Notes under the pieces: generated by a model
The model's input: the letters and a program-made list of their open reading frames with translations, nothing else
Databases searched by the model: none
What the model was told of the DNA's origin: nothing
Part shown: positions 1 to 9,293 of the stretch, piece by piece
Layout of the letters: each line of letters begins with the position of its first letter
Numbering within the stretch: the first letter of the stretch is position 1
Made by a program: the position numbers and the translations under genes
Assembly (NCBI GenBank): GCA_937896225.1
Contig: CALBMZ010000063.1
Span: 74,200 to 138,199 of the forward strand
Source of the DNA: an uncultured Alcaligenaceae bacterium
Lineage (GTDB): Bacteria > Pseudomonadota > Gammaproteobacteria > Burkholderiales > Burkholderiaceae_B
DNA: 64,000 nucleotides
Direction: 5' to 3'

Positions 1-51
1 GGCGATCTGTGCATTTATACCAATCAACAACATATTGTAGAAACTCTTTAA
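1..51 (+). CDS. hslV: HslV protease subunit, C-terminal fragment (5' end outside window)
   Basis: Frame 1 reads [16 protein letters not shown] followed by TAA at 49-51. GD(I/L)CIYTN is the conserved HslV C-terminal region. It lies 5 nt upstream of hslU, as in hslVU operons. Confidence 0.8.
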   Translation, partial: GDLCIYTNQQHIVETL

Positions 52-56
52 TTATC

Positions 57-1388
57 ATGCCTGCCTCACACATGACCCCCAGCGAAATCGTCTCTGAACT
101 CGACAAATTCATTGTTGGGCAAAATCGCGCCAAACGCGCCGTTGCCGTTGCTTTGCGAAACCGCTGGCGTCGTCAGCACGTCGAAGAACCTCTTCGTCAT
201 GAAATTCACCCCAAAAATATTTTAATGATTGGCCCAACCGGCGTCGGAAAAACTGAAATTGCAAGGCGTCTAGCACGCTTAGCCCAAGCCCCTTTTATTA
301 AAATTGAAGCGACTAAATTCACTGAAGTCGGTTATGTGGGCCGCGACGTCGAAACCATCATTCGCGACTTAGTCGATATTGGTATCAAACAAATGCGCGA
401 GGTCGAACTACGCCGCGTGCAAACATTAGCCCAAGACGACGCCGAAGAGCGCATCTTAGATGCACTGTTGCCCCCACCGCGTGCAGCCGACGGCTCACCC
501 CAACGTGAAGACACCACTACACGTCAAACTTTTCGTAAACGTCTGCGAGAAGGCAAACTAGACGATACCGAAATTGACATTGATGTGGCCGCCCCGACTC
601 CGAAAATGGACATCATGGGCCCACCTGGCATGGAAGACATGGCCGAACAGCTCAAAGGCATGTTCGCCGGCTTAGCTAAAGATAAAAAAACCAGCCGCAA
701 AATGACAGTCAAAGAAGCTCTAAAGCTTTTAACAGACGAAGAAGCTGGTAAACGTGTCAACGAAGAAACCCTGCGCGCTGACGCCATCAAATCTGTCGAA
801 GAAAATGGCATTGTATTTTTAGACGAAATTGACAAAATCGCAGCCCGCCAAGAAGCTTCAGGTGCAGACGTTTCACGCCAAGGCGTACAACGTGACCTGC
901 TACCTTTAGTTGAAGGCACAACGGTTACCACCAAGTTTGGTATGGTTCGCACCGATCACATTTTATTTATTGCCTCAGGTGCGTTTCATCTTGCACGGCC
1001 TTCAGACTTAATACCTGAGCTTCAGGGTCGATTCCCGATTCGAGTAGAGCTTGACTCGCTTGAAACAGCTGATTTTGTGCGCATTTTATGTGACACCGAT
1101 GCGGCGCTGACGAAACAGTATGCGGCACTTATGGCCACCGAAGACATCACGCTAGACTTCAAACCTGATGGCATTGAACGCTTGGCTGAGCTGGCTTTTA
1201 CCGTTAATGAAACCACCGAAAATATCGGCGCACGACGCCTGTATACCGTAATGGAAAAATTACTCGAAGATCTTTCGTTTCATGCCACGGAACACGCTGG
1301 TCAAACGATTACCATCGATGCGGCATACGTGAATGAACAGCTTGCTGAAACCGCTCAAAGCCAAGACTTGGCGCGTTACGTTTTATAA
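57..1388 (+). CDS. hslU: ATP-dependent protease ATPase subunit HslU
   Basis: The N-terminus [34 protein letters not shown] and Walker [16 protein letters not shown] match HslU. The start is placed at ATG 57, just after the hslV stop, rather than at the track's GTG 9. ATG 72 is an alternative. Confidence 0.96.
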   Translation: MPASHMTPSEIVSELDKFIVGQNRAKRAVAVALRNRWRRQHVEEPLRHEIHPKNILMIGPTGVGKTEIARRLARLAQAPFIKIEATKFTEVGYVGRDVETIIRDLVDIGIKQMREVELRRVQTLAQDDAEERILDALLPPPRAADGSPQREDTTTRQTFRKRLREGKLDDTEIDIDVAAPTPKMDIMGPPGMEDMAEQLKGMFAGLAKDKKTSRKMTVKEALKLLTDEEAGKRVNEETLRADAIKSVEENGIVFLDEIDKIAARQEASGADVSRQGVQRDLLPLVEGTTVTTKFGMVRTDHILFIASGAFHLARPSDLIPELQGRFPIRVELDSLETADFVRILCDTDAALTKQYAALMATEDITLDFKPDGIERLAELAFTVNETTENIGARRLYTVMEKLLEDLSFHATEHAGQTITIDAAYVNEQLAETAQSQDLARYVL

Positions 1389-1417
1389 CCCAACACGATA
1401 ATCATCAAGGCTTACTC

Positions 1418-1966
1418 ATGGCTGACCGACTTAGCATCATCACCACCCGTACAGGCGATCAAGGCACAACGGGCCTAGGTGACGGCTCACGCGTCAATAA
1501 AACTGACGAGAGAATTCATGCACTCGGTGATGTTGACGAGCTCAATAGCGTGTTGGGGTTAGTTGTGACACACTTACAGGAACTCCCTGAGTGTCATGAT
1601 TACTTAGCCATGTTAAATCGTGTTCAACATGCTTTATTTGATTTAGGTAGTGAATTGGCTGTACCGGGTTTTAAGCAGCTTCAAGCGGAACAAGTTACAG
1701 ATCTTGATGAACAAATAGCCTCTTTAAATGCCAGACTGCCGGCCCTTAAAGAGTTTATTTTACCGGGCGGCTCGCGCGCAGCGGCTCAAACACATGTTGC
1801 CCGAAGTGTATGTCGGCGAGCAGAACGCTCGGTTGTTGCCCTAACCGAACTGGGCCCTTACCCCCAGCAATATTTAAATCGCTTGTCTGATATGTTATTT
1901 ATTTTGGCACGCTGTGTGAACCAAAGTCTATCGGTCAATGACGTGATGTGGCAACGCCAAAACTAA
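1418..1966 (+). CDS. ATP:cob(I)alamin adenosyltransferase, PduO/MMAB type
   Basis: 182 aa. The N-terminal TRTGDQGTTGL motif and the overall length are typical of PduO-type adenosyltransferases. Confidence 0.85.
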   Translation: MADRLSIITTRTGDQGTTGLGDGSRVNKTDERIHALGDVDELNSVLGLVVTHLQELPECHDYLAMLNRVQHALFDLGSELAVPGFKQLQAEQVTDLDEQIASLNARLPALKEFILPGGSRAAAQTHVARSVCRRAERSVVALTELGPYPQQYLNRLSDMLFILARCVNQSLSVNDVMWQRQN

Positions 1967-1990
1967 ATTGTTAATCAGTTATTCAATTTA

Positions 1991-2983
1991 TCAATCTAAG
2001 CTTACCCCTGCCGCATGGGCTTGCTCGTCAGCATGATATGACGAACGCACCATAGCACCAACGGCAGCGTGTGTGAAACCCATTGCATACGCCTCTCGCT
2101 CATACATGGCGAATACATCGGGGTGTACATAACGCAAAACGGGTAGGTGATGGCCTGAGGGCTGTAAATATTGACCAATAGTCAGCATGTCAACATCGTG
2201 TTCACGCAAGTCGCGCATGACTTGCAAGACTTCTTCGTCTGTCTCGCCTAAACCCACCATAATGCCCGATTTAGTAGGAACACCCGCGTGTAACGCTTTA
2301 AAGCGCTTAAGCAACATCAACGAATGAGAATAATCTGATCCTGGGCGCGCCTGTTTGTAAAGTCGCGCAGTGGTTTCTAAATTATGGTTCATCACATCAG
2401 GTGGGCCCGCATTCAAAATATCTAACGCACGATCTAATCGCCCCCTAAAGTCAGGTACCAAAACCTCAATTCGAGTCTGTGGTGAAAGCTCGCGTACCTT
2501 TTGAATACACTCGACAAAATGAGCTGCCCCACCGTCGCGTAAATCATCGCGATCAACAGAGGTGATGACGACGTACTTTAGCTTTAAGGCAGCAATTGTT
2601 TTAGCCAAGTTAACGGGTTCATCCACATCAAGTGGGTCTGGTCGGCCGTGACCGACATCACAGAACGGGCAACGACGGGTGCATTTATCACCCATGATCA
2701 TGAAAGTTGCCGTGCCTTTACCAAAACATTCACCGATGTTGGGGCACGATGCTTCTTCGCAGACAGTAAACAAATTATGCTCACGCAAAATACGTTTGAT
2801 GTCGTGAAAACGTGACCCCATCGGTGCGGCTTTCACACGTATCCAGTCGGGTTTTTTTAACCGTTCAGCAGGAATAATTTTGATGGGAATGCGTGCCGTC
2901 TTAGCCTGCGACTTTTGTTTGAGCGTCGCATCGTAGGTTTCAGCAGGTGCAGCAGTTTTAATAATTTCGGTGCTTATCGACAT
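1991..2983 (-). CDS. lipA: lipoyl synthase
   Basis: Carries the radical-SAM motif [10 protein letters not shown] and the auxiliary-cluster motif [12 protein letters not shown]. Sits adjacent to lipB. Confidence 0.97.
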   Translation of the reverse strand: MSISTEIIKTAAPAETYDATLKQKSQAKTARIPIKIIPAERLKKPDWIRVKAAPMGSRFHDIKRILREHNLFTVCEEASCPNIGECFGKGTATFMIMGDKCTRRCPFCDVGHGRPDPLDVDEPVNLAKTIAALKLKYVVITSVDRDDLRDGGAAHFVECIQKVRELSPQTRIEVLVPDFRGRLDRALDILNAGPPDVMNHNLETTARLYKQARPGSDYSHSLMLLKRFKALHAGVPTKSGIMVGLGETDEEVLQVMRDLREHDVDMLTIGQYLQPSGHHLPVLRYVHPDVFAMYEREAYAMGFTHAAVGAMVRSSYHADEQAHAAGVSLD

Positions 2984-3014
2984 CTGATCGGCTTTAGAAC
3001 AAGAAAATGATGAC

Positions 3015-3653
3015 TTATTTTACTCTTAGCCCGCAACGCTGCACAACATGGCGACAAAGTATTAGGGCTACTTCGTCAAATGTCGCGTTCGAACCCATTT
3101 GACGCATATTTACCGTTTGCAAACCTGGGTAGCCACAGGGGTCAATGCCGTCAAACGGGGTTAAATCAACATCAACGTTTAAGGCTACCCCATGATACGT
3201 ACAGCCCTGTTTGACCTTAATGCCCAGTGCAGCAATCTTAGCCAATTCGCCATCAAACGGCAGATAAACCCCTGGCGCCGATGGCTTGCGGCAGCCACCC
3301 TTCAAACCCGTTTCAGTCAACGTATCAATCACAGCGTCTTCAAGGGCTGTCACCAGAGACCTCACAAACAAACCCGCACGACGTAAATCAATCAACACAT
3401 AAGCTACCACCTGACCTGGCCCGTGATAAGTCACTTGCCCGCCTCGATCAGTTTGTACCAACGGTATGTGCCCAGCATTTAAAACATGCTGGGGGCGACT
3501 TGCTTGGCCCAAGGTGTAAACAGAAGGGTGCTCAGCCAGCCAGATCTCGTCTAGCGTTTGAGCATGGCGTTGTAACGTGAAATCTTTCATCGCCTGCCAA
3601 GTTGCAACATATTCAACTTGGCCTAAGTGGCGAATACGCACTGCTTGACTCAC
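3015..3653 (-). CDS. lipB: lipoyl(octanoyl) transferase
   Basis: Carries [12 protein letters not shown] and PCGY motifs. The start is set at GTG 3653, 1 nt after the upstream TAA (3655-3657), which gives about 212 aa like E. coli LipB. The track's ATG 3719 would overlap the upstream gene by 65 nt. Confidence 0.92.
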   Translation of the reverse strand: MSQAVRIRHLGQVEYVATWQAMKDFTLQRHAQTLDEIWLAEHPSVYTLGQASRPQHVLNAGHIPLVQTDRGGQVTYHGPGQVVAYVLIDLRRAGLFVRSLVTALEDAVIDTLTETGLKGGCRKPSAPGVYLPFDGELAKIAALGIKVKQGCTYHGVALNVDVDLTPFDGIDPCGYPGLQTVNMRQMGSNATFDEVALILCRHVVQRCGLRVK

Positions 3654-3654
3654 G

Positions 3655-3951
3655 TTAGAGTACAACCGATACCAATGGGTGGCTATGCAAGTCACGATAC
3701 AATGCGTCAAGCTGTTCACGCGACGTAGCCGTTACGGTGAAGGTCAACCCAACATAATTACCCGCCTTACTCATACGCATTTCGACGGTAGCGGGATCAA
3801 ATTCAGGGTCGTGAAGCAATACCATTTCCGTTAAAGCTTGAGCCAAATTGGGCTCTTGCTTTCCCATTACTTTAATGGGGAATGCGCTCGGGTATTCGAT
3901 GAGGGACGGCGTTTCAACGGTTTCGTTGGGTTTTGATTGGGGGTCAGTCAT
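3655..3951 (-). CDS. YbeD-like DUF493 protein
   Basis: [12 protein letters not shown]...[21 protein letters not shown] resembles E. coli YbeD, and the position upstream of lipB is conserved. The start could be ATG 3951 or ATG 3972. Confidence 0.85.
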   Translation of the reverse strand: MTDPQSKPNETVETPSLIEYPSAFPIKVMGKQEPNLAQALTEMVLLHDPEFDPATVEMRMSKAGNYVGLTFTVTATSREQLDALYRDLHSHPLVSVVL

Positions 3952-3976
3952 GGCGATGCACTCTTTTAGCAAATCA

Positions 3977-4873
3977 TTAGGAAGCGGTTAAAGCTTCTAT
4001 CGCCTCATCGTAAGCGCGACGTAGTTTTTGATAAATTGGCCCAGGTTGACCTAAACCAACAGGCTTGCCATCTAGCTGCACAATCGGCAGCACCTCACGC
4101 GTAGCAGAAGACATCATCAGCTCGTCTGCAGAGCTGACGGCTTGCTTTAAAACCGGCCCAACCACAAAAGGAATGCCTTCTTGTTGACACAACTCTTGCA
4201 AAAGGCCATAGCGAATACCTTCTAAAATCAAATTATCATTAGGTGGTGCATATAAAGTGCCTTGCTTGACGACCCAAATATTGCATGAGGCGCCTTCGGT
4301 CAAAAAGTCGTTACGAAATTGAACCACTTCATCAACCTGAGCATCAACCGCAGCCTGTTTTGCCAACACATTACCTAATAAGGAGATCGACTTAATATCG
4401 CAAAGTAACCAACGTATATCATCAATGCTAACAGCCGTTAAACCCTGCTCACGAGCCGCAACCGTTGGGCGAGACATAGGGGCAACCATCGCAAATACAG
4501 TTGGTTTAACTGCGGGCAATGGAAAAGCATGGTCGCGTTTAGCCACACCCCGCGTAATGTGCAGGTAAACCATGCACATTTGCGCAGACGAGGTTTGAAG
4601 CAACGTTTGAAGTAACGTTTGAACCAAGTCAACCCACTCTTCACGTGTGTAGGGTGACTCGATTCTCAGTTTTTTTAAACTGCGGGCCAAGCGATCTAAG
4701 TGATTGTCCATGCGAAAAGGTTTACCCGCATAAATGGGTACCACTTCATAAATGCCGTCACCAAAGATAAAACCTCGATCTAAAACTGAGATTTTGGCTT
4801 CTGACAGGGGCGTTAATTCGCCATTTAAGAAAACCGTTGGGTTGCCCGTCACACCTTGTATAAACGTATTCAT
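3977..4873 (-). CDS. dat: D-amino acid aminotransferase (fold-type IV PLP enzyme)
   Basis: 298 aa with the RGFIFGDGIYEV motif of class IV aminotransferases. Sits in the conserved dac-dat-ybeD-lipB-lipA neighbourhood. Substrate specificity is not provable from sequence alone. Confidence 0.8.
   Translation of the reverse strand: MNTFIQGVTGNPTVFLNGELTPLSEAKISVLDRGFIFGDGIYEVVPIYAGKPFRMDNHLDRLARSLKKLRIESPYTREEWVDLVQTLLQTLLQTSSAQMCMVYLHITRGVAKRDHAFPLPAVKPTVFAMVAPMSRPTVAAREQGLTAVSIDDIRWLLCDIKSISLLGNVLAKQAAVDAQVDEVVQFRNDFLTEGASCNIWVVKQGTLYAPPNDNLILEGIRYGLLQELCQQEGIPFVVGPVLKQAVSSADELMMSSATREVLPIVQLDGKPVGLGQPGPIYQKLRRAYDEAIEALTAS
4593..4628 (-). repeat. in-frame 12-nt tandem repeat, 3 copies, inside dat
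   Basis: The plus strand reads gtttgaagcaac / gtttgaagtaac / gtttgaaccaag. This encodes LVQT-LLQT-LLQT. Confidence 0.9.
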
Positions 4874-4914
4874 TAGTCGGCTCTCAAGATTACTTCAAAC
4901 ATTTATACGCATGG

Positions 4915-6147
4915 CTATTGCATCCACAACTTAACTGAATCAACCATACGACCAAAAAACCCGGCGCGCTCAACCCCGTCTAAGACATCGAGTTGTACGG
5001 TCTTGAGCAACTTGTCTTCCAACATAATAGAAAGTGTACCGACGTGCTCACCTTTTGCCAGAGGCGCTAACAAGGGGTCGGGGCGTTTCGCAACAGGTTT
5101 AATTTGTGTGGCCATGCCACGTGGCACGCTAACCCAGAGTGTTTTTTCAACCCCTAATTTAGCAATTTCAGCCGTACCTTGCCACACTCGTGCTTCGATG
5201 GCAGCTTGGTTGGCATCAAAGAGCTTAATTTGATCAAAGTTTTGAAACGACCAATTCAACAGTTTCAAGCTTTCTTCGGCACGGGTCGCTTCGCTGTCAG
5301 CGCCCACCAACACAGTAATCAAACGGCGATCACCACGTTTAGCGCTTGAGATCAAACAATAACCTGCTGCATCGGTATGACCCGTTTTCATACCATCAAC
5401 CGAGGGGTCAGCCCATAACAGTCGATTACGATTAGACTGTTTGATTTTATTGTACGTAAACTCACGCATTTGATAGTACCCATACTCTTTGGGGTGATCT
5501 TCTATCATACGTTGCGCCAAAATCGCTAAATCTTGCACAGTCGTCGTGTGCTGTGCGTTGGGCAACCCGGTTGAGTTCATATAGTGCGTATCGTTCATAC
5601 CCAAACGCTTAGCCTGCTCGTTCATCAGCTGTGCGAAGGCTTGCTCACTGCCTGCAATCGCCTCAGCAAGGGCTACCGATGCATCATTGCCTGACTGAAT
5701 AATGATGCCTTTAAGAAGCTCTTGAACCGTAACGGGCCTATTGGGCTCAATAAACATACGCGAGCCTTTTGTTTTCCAGGCTGTTTCAGACACATTAACT
5801 TGCTGATCAAGGGTTAAGCGTTTTTCCTCTAATGCATTAAAGGCTAAGTAGGCCGTCATGATTTTTGTCAGTGACGCGGGCTCAACTTGTTGATCAGGCC
5901 GAAAAGATGCAATCGTTTGACCGGTCACAACATCAATCACAATCCAGGCTCGTGCGGCGATGGTTGGCGCAGGAATAGACGATAAGGTTGAAACGGTTAC
6001 AGGCGCAGCGAACTGGGTAGACACGGCAGCGGCCGCTGCGGGTGATGGCGCACTAACCGTAGACTGGGCAACTGAAGAACTTGTTGCAGCAAAAGTCAGC
6101 ATCATTGCGCCCGTGACCAGGACTAATTTACGTTTGAATGTGAGCAT
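4915..6147 (-). CDS. D-alanyl-D-alanine carboxypeptidase (PBP5/6 class)
   Basis: Has a signal peptide and the SxxK (SLTK), SGN and KTG motifs. The start is chosen at ATG 6147 (MLTFKRKL...). The track ORF extends to 6171. Confidence 0.92.
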   Translation of the reverse strand: MLTFKRKLVLVTGAMMLTFAATSSSVAQSTVSAPSPAAAAAVSTQFAAPVTVSTLSSIPAPTIAARAWIVIDVVTGQTIASFRPDQQVEPASLTKIMTAYLAFNALEEKRLTLDQQVNVSETAWKTKGSRMFIEPNRPVTVQELLKGIIIQSGNDASVALAEAIAGSEQAFAQLMNEQAKRLGMNDTHYMNSTGLPNAQHTTTVQDLAILAQRMIEDHPKEYGYYQMREFTYNKIKQSNRNRLLWADPSVDGMKTGHTDAAGYCLISSAKRGDRRLITVLVGADSEATRAEESLKLLNWSFQNFDQIKLFDANQAAIEARVWQGTAEIAKLGVEKTLWVSVPRGMATQIKPVAKRPDPLLAPLAKGEHVGTLSIMLEDKLLKTVQLDVLDGVERAGFFGRMVDSVKLWMQ

Positions 6148-6175
6148 GTTGACCGTCCATAACAAAACCATTATG

Positions 6176-6820
6176 TTACAGCGTCTTCAAACGAGTCAGA
6201 AGAAGTTGCCTGAGAATCAATAGTTTTCCATGAAAAAAATGGCCTGCATTGGGTATCACTGTTATAGGTATATCGAGCGATCTAGCCCAATCTAAAACCT
6301 CTGACAAAGGCACGACATCGTCTTGTTCACCATGAATGACCAACGCATCGGCTGGCACAGCCGAGGCGAAGTGACGAAACCTGAGCGCGGCAGAACCAGC
6401 CAAAATGACCAGATTAGGTAGAGGTCGGCTTTGTGCTTGCCACTGCGCATACATTTGCAAACCAATTGAGGTGCCAAAAGAAAACCCGCCTAACACCCAT
6501 TGCCCGGCTGCCAACTCAGGGTAACGTACCCTAAATTGCTCGACCAAAGCTGCCATATCAAGCATTTCGCCCTGACCATGATCAAACTCACCTTCTGACA
6601 AGCCTATGCCCCGAAAGTTTGGTCGTACAGCAACGAGTTTTTGTTGTACACAAGCCCGAGCCATGGTGGTGACCACTTTATTATCACGCGTACCCCCTTG
6701 AGCGGGGTTAGGGTGCAACACCAATGCCCAACCGAGTGCCGGCTCATCGGGCCAATCGAATGCGCAATCAATCTTGCCTGCTAAACCATCAAACTGAACC
6801 GTTTCAGTATGTGCTGTCAT
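6176..6820 (-). CDS. alpha/beta-fold hydrolase (COG2945-like)
   Basis: 214 aa with a nucleophile-elbow-like GGFSFG and a C-terminal HGEQD...AGHFFHG, consistent with a Ser-Asp-His triad. The substrate is unknown. Confidence 0.7.
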   Translation of the reverse strand: MTAHTETVQFDGLAGKIDCAFDWPDEPALGWALVLHPNPAQGGTRDNKVVTTMARACVQQKLVAVRPNFRGIGLSEGEFDHGQGEMLDMAALVEQFRVRYPELAAGQWVLGGFSFGTSIGLQMYAQWQAQSRPLPNLVILAGSAALRFRHFASAVPADALVIHGEQDDVVPLSEVLDWARSLDIPITVIPNAGHFFHGKLLILRQLLLTRLKTL

Positions 6821-6853
6821 CTATCTAACCCCATTATAATTCAATATGTTTTA

Positions 6854-7519
6854 TCATTTTGAACGATCAGACAACGTCTTGCCAACCCAAGTGGTGACGC
6901 GCTCTGCAGCACGGTTGCTGGCTGTACTGAGTGCTTGCGCACCCGCAACTGCATCAGCCGAGGTCGCGGCGACACGCTCATAAATGACTTCGCTGCCTAA
7001 AACGACATCACCTTGGGTTAAGACAACTTGCAATGCCAACACACCTTCACTCTGACCATTGCTTTTAAACACTTGTTCAAACTGCTGTAAGTTCATACGT
7101 AAAATAGGCGTCTGATTGCCTAACCCACTCGCGAATACTGGTCGCTGTTGTGACAAAAAATCGATCAATCTCTGACGCACAAGCGTTGCTGGAGACGCTA
7201 CCCACTGATAGGTTGCATAAGTTTGTGGCATACCCGCTGAGCCTTGCCGCCACACCACCCCTGATGTCTGCACTAACCCCACTGACAGACCGCTTGGTAC
7301 GGCAATTGCAACGGCCTGATGAGTCGCGTCTAAAGAATCTGCTCTCGTTTGAGTGGTAGGCGAACCCAAATCAAGCTGTGTGAGCGCCTGCCCACGCTGG
7401 CCCAAACTGCAACCTAACAAGGTTAAACAAGTTATGGCCATCAGCATCAGCTTTGTCAGATGGCTGAAAGACCTGTTTGGTACTGATTTAGGTAATGCGT
7501 AAAGCGCTAGATTCATCAT
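6854..7519 (-). CDS. ABC-type transport auxiliary lipoprotein (DUF330 / PqiC-like)
   Basis: Has a signal peptide ending in the lipobox LLGC and sits directly downstream of the MCE gene. The family call is from remembered similarity. The start may be an internal Met. Confidence 0.65.
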   Translation of the reverse strand: MMNLALYALPKSVPNRSFSHLTKLMLMAITCLTLLGCSLGQRGQALTQLDLGSPTTQTRADSLDATHQAVAIAVPSGLSVGLVQTSGVVWRQGSAGMPQTYATYQWVASPATLVRQRLIDFLSQQRPVFASGLGNQTPILRMNLQQFEQVFKSNGQSEGVLALQVVLTQGDVVLGSEVIYERVAATSADAVAGAQALSTASNRAAERVTTWVGKTLSDRSK

Positions 7520-7573
7520 GTTTGTAAGCTATGTTTGGTGTGTTTGGTGTTTGTTCAACATTCAAATGCATCA

Positions 7574-8500
7574 CTATTGATTGAAACCTGTAAACCCTGG
7601 CTCACCCGGACCCGGTTCAACTTGGGGGGAACCATAAATAAGCGATTGTGGTGATTGCTTAAGCTCTTTCACAGCTTGTGTAGAAGCCTGAGCCGCCAAA
7701 TTTAAACTTTCAGTCAGTTGATTCATTTCAGGCAAAGTTGAGCCTTGCAATTGTGAGGCAATTTGCTGCACCCGCTCTAGGCTTTTAGCGGCTTGGCGTA
7801 TCGGCCCAGACGGTGCATTGAGCATTTCAACCGTGTCATTTGCGTCTTTAGCCAACTCTGTCACACTTGATGCGGCAAGATCTAGCGAGTCAACCAATTT
7901 CGGTAACTTTTTAAAAGTGGGGTCTAAACTTTTAACCGTGCGATTAAGCGATGCGGTTAAGGTTTCTATATTGGTTAACACGGCTGTAAACGCTGCTACG
8001 TTTTGATCAGTTAGTAGCTTCTCAACTTGGTCAACAATACGGTCGATGTCTTCAATCGTCCCTGTACCGAGTTTTTGTAATTCTTGAAAAAAACCAGGGC
8101 GTGAAGGAATAACATATAACGCCCCATCACGGCTTTCAACCCTTGTTTTATCTATACCCGAGTCGCGAAGCTCAATATTTGAAATGCCAGTCACCCCTTG
8201 CGATTGAATTTCAGCCCAAGTCTCTTTTGTAATGGGTGTACCCGTAAACAAACCAATCACAATATTGACCGATCCTGGGTGTGCTGCGGAAATACCCACT
8301 TCAAGCACCTTACCGACAGTTACACCCATATAACGCACGTCAGACTGCGTAGAGAGCCCGCCCACTGGGTAGATTGAAACAATCTTGTAGGGTGTGTAAC
8401 TGACATCTTTACGATCGATCCAAAGCGCTGCGACAATGCCTGCAATAACAAGCGCTATTACAAAGAGGCCCGCAAGAATGGCGTGGCTACGATTTTCCAT
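7574..8500 (-). CDS. MlaD-family (MCE domain) protein with long C-terminal helical region
   Basis: Has an N-terminal TM helix (AILAGLFVIALVIAGIVAALW), an MCE-domain core (YMGVTVGKV...) and then a roughly 190-aa region with repetitive Leu/Ala/Gln/Ser composition that looks helical. The ATG 8500 start overlaps the ATPase stop by 14 nt. The track ORF starts at GTG 8545. Confidence 0.85.
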   Translation of the reverse strand: MENRSHAILAGLFVIALVIAGIVAALWIDRKDVSYTPYKIVSIYPVGGLSTQSDVRYMGVTVGKVLEVGISAAHPGSVNIVIGLFTGTPITKETWAEIQSQGVTGISNIELRDSGIDKTRVESRDGALYVIPSRPGFFQELQKLGTGTIEDIDRIVDQVEKLLTDQNVAAFTAVLTNIETLTASLNRTVKSLDPTFKKLPKLVDSLDLAASSVTELAKDANDTVEMLNAPSGPIRQAAKSLERVQQIASQLQGSTLPEMNQLTESLNLAAQASTQAVKELKQSPQSLIYGSPQVEPGPGEPGFTGFNQ

Positions 8501-9293
8501 ATTGTTCTGCCTGCAAAGGCTGATTTCCAAGTGCGCGCTCGCCACGTTTACCTTGAAAAAAAGCTTTTATAAATGGGTGATCAAAGGTCATTACATTTTG
8601 AATCGAACCTTCAACCAGAACATGCTTTTCTGCCAAAACAGCAATACGCGTTGATAAGTCTCGAATCGTATCTAAATCGTGCGTAACCATAATGACTGTA
8701 AATTTTAATTGCTGATGCAGTGCTTTAATCAACTCAACAAACTCATCTGAACGCTGCGGGTCGAGCCCAGCGGTTGGCTCGTCAAGAAACAATAACTCAG
8801 GGTCAAGTGATAGCGCTCTTGCAAGTGCGACGCGCTTAACCATACCGCCCGACAAATCAGAAGGCATCAGCTGCGCATCTTGTTCATTTAAACCCACCCA
8901 CTTTAAACGCATCAACACCACTTTACGCACCAAGTCTGAGGGCAAATGATGCACTTCACGTAAGGGTAACGCCACGTTATCAAATACTGATAATGCCGTA
9001 AATAGAGCCCCCGACTGAAACAACATACCCCAACGACGAGTCAAGGCCAAACGCTCTGGCCCAACATAGCTTTGCACCGGGCGCCCCCAAAGCTTCACCG
9101 AACCCGACTTTGGGCTATTTAGCCCCAAAATTTGTCGTAGCAAGGTAGTTTTACCTGAGCCTGAACCGCCTACTAGAGCCAATATTTCACCGGACATGAC
9201 ACGTAAATCTAAATGTTCATGAACAACATGCTCACCAAACGCAGTGGTGAGGTCTTCAACATCAATAATCGGTTGATCGGTTGTATTCATCAA
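8487..9293 (-). CDS. ABC transporter ATP-binding protein (MlaF-like)
   Basis: Carries Walker A GGSGSGKTT, signature LSGGM and Walker B LLFLDEPT. Confidence 0.93.
   Translation of the reverse strand: MMNTTDQPIIDVEDLTTAFGEHVVHEHLDLRVMSGEILALVGGSGSGKTTLLRQILGLNSPKSGSVKLWGRPVQSYVGPERLALTRRWGMLFQSGALFTALSVFDNVALPLREVHHLPSDLVRKVVLMRLKWVGLNEQDAQLMPSDLSGGMVKRVALARALSLDPELLFLDEPTAGLDPQRSDEFVELIKALHQQLKFTVIMVTHDLDTIRDLSTRIAVLAEKHVLVEGSIQNVMTFDHPFIKAFFQGKRGERALGNQPLQAEQYGKS

Noticed and set aside
524-952. 142-aa ORF antisense to hslU. Similar antisense ORFs occur at 332-517 and 1022-1216.
   Set aside because: It lies fully inside a highly conserved gene on the other strand. Its composition is rich in Ser, Arg and Ala, typical of reverse-frame translation, and it has no start context.
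7533-7550. Tandem 9-mer GTTTGGTGT, 2 copies, between the MCE gene and the lipoprotein gene.
   Set aside because: There are only two copies in a 54-nt spacer. No symmetry or known site is present. Probably a trivial slippage duplication.
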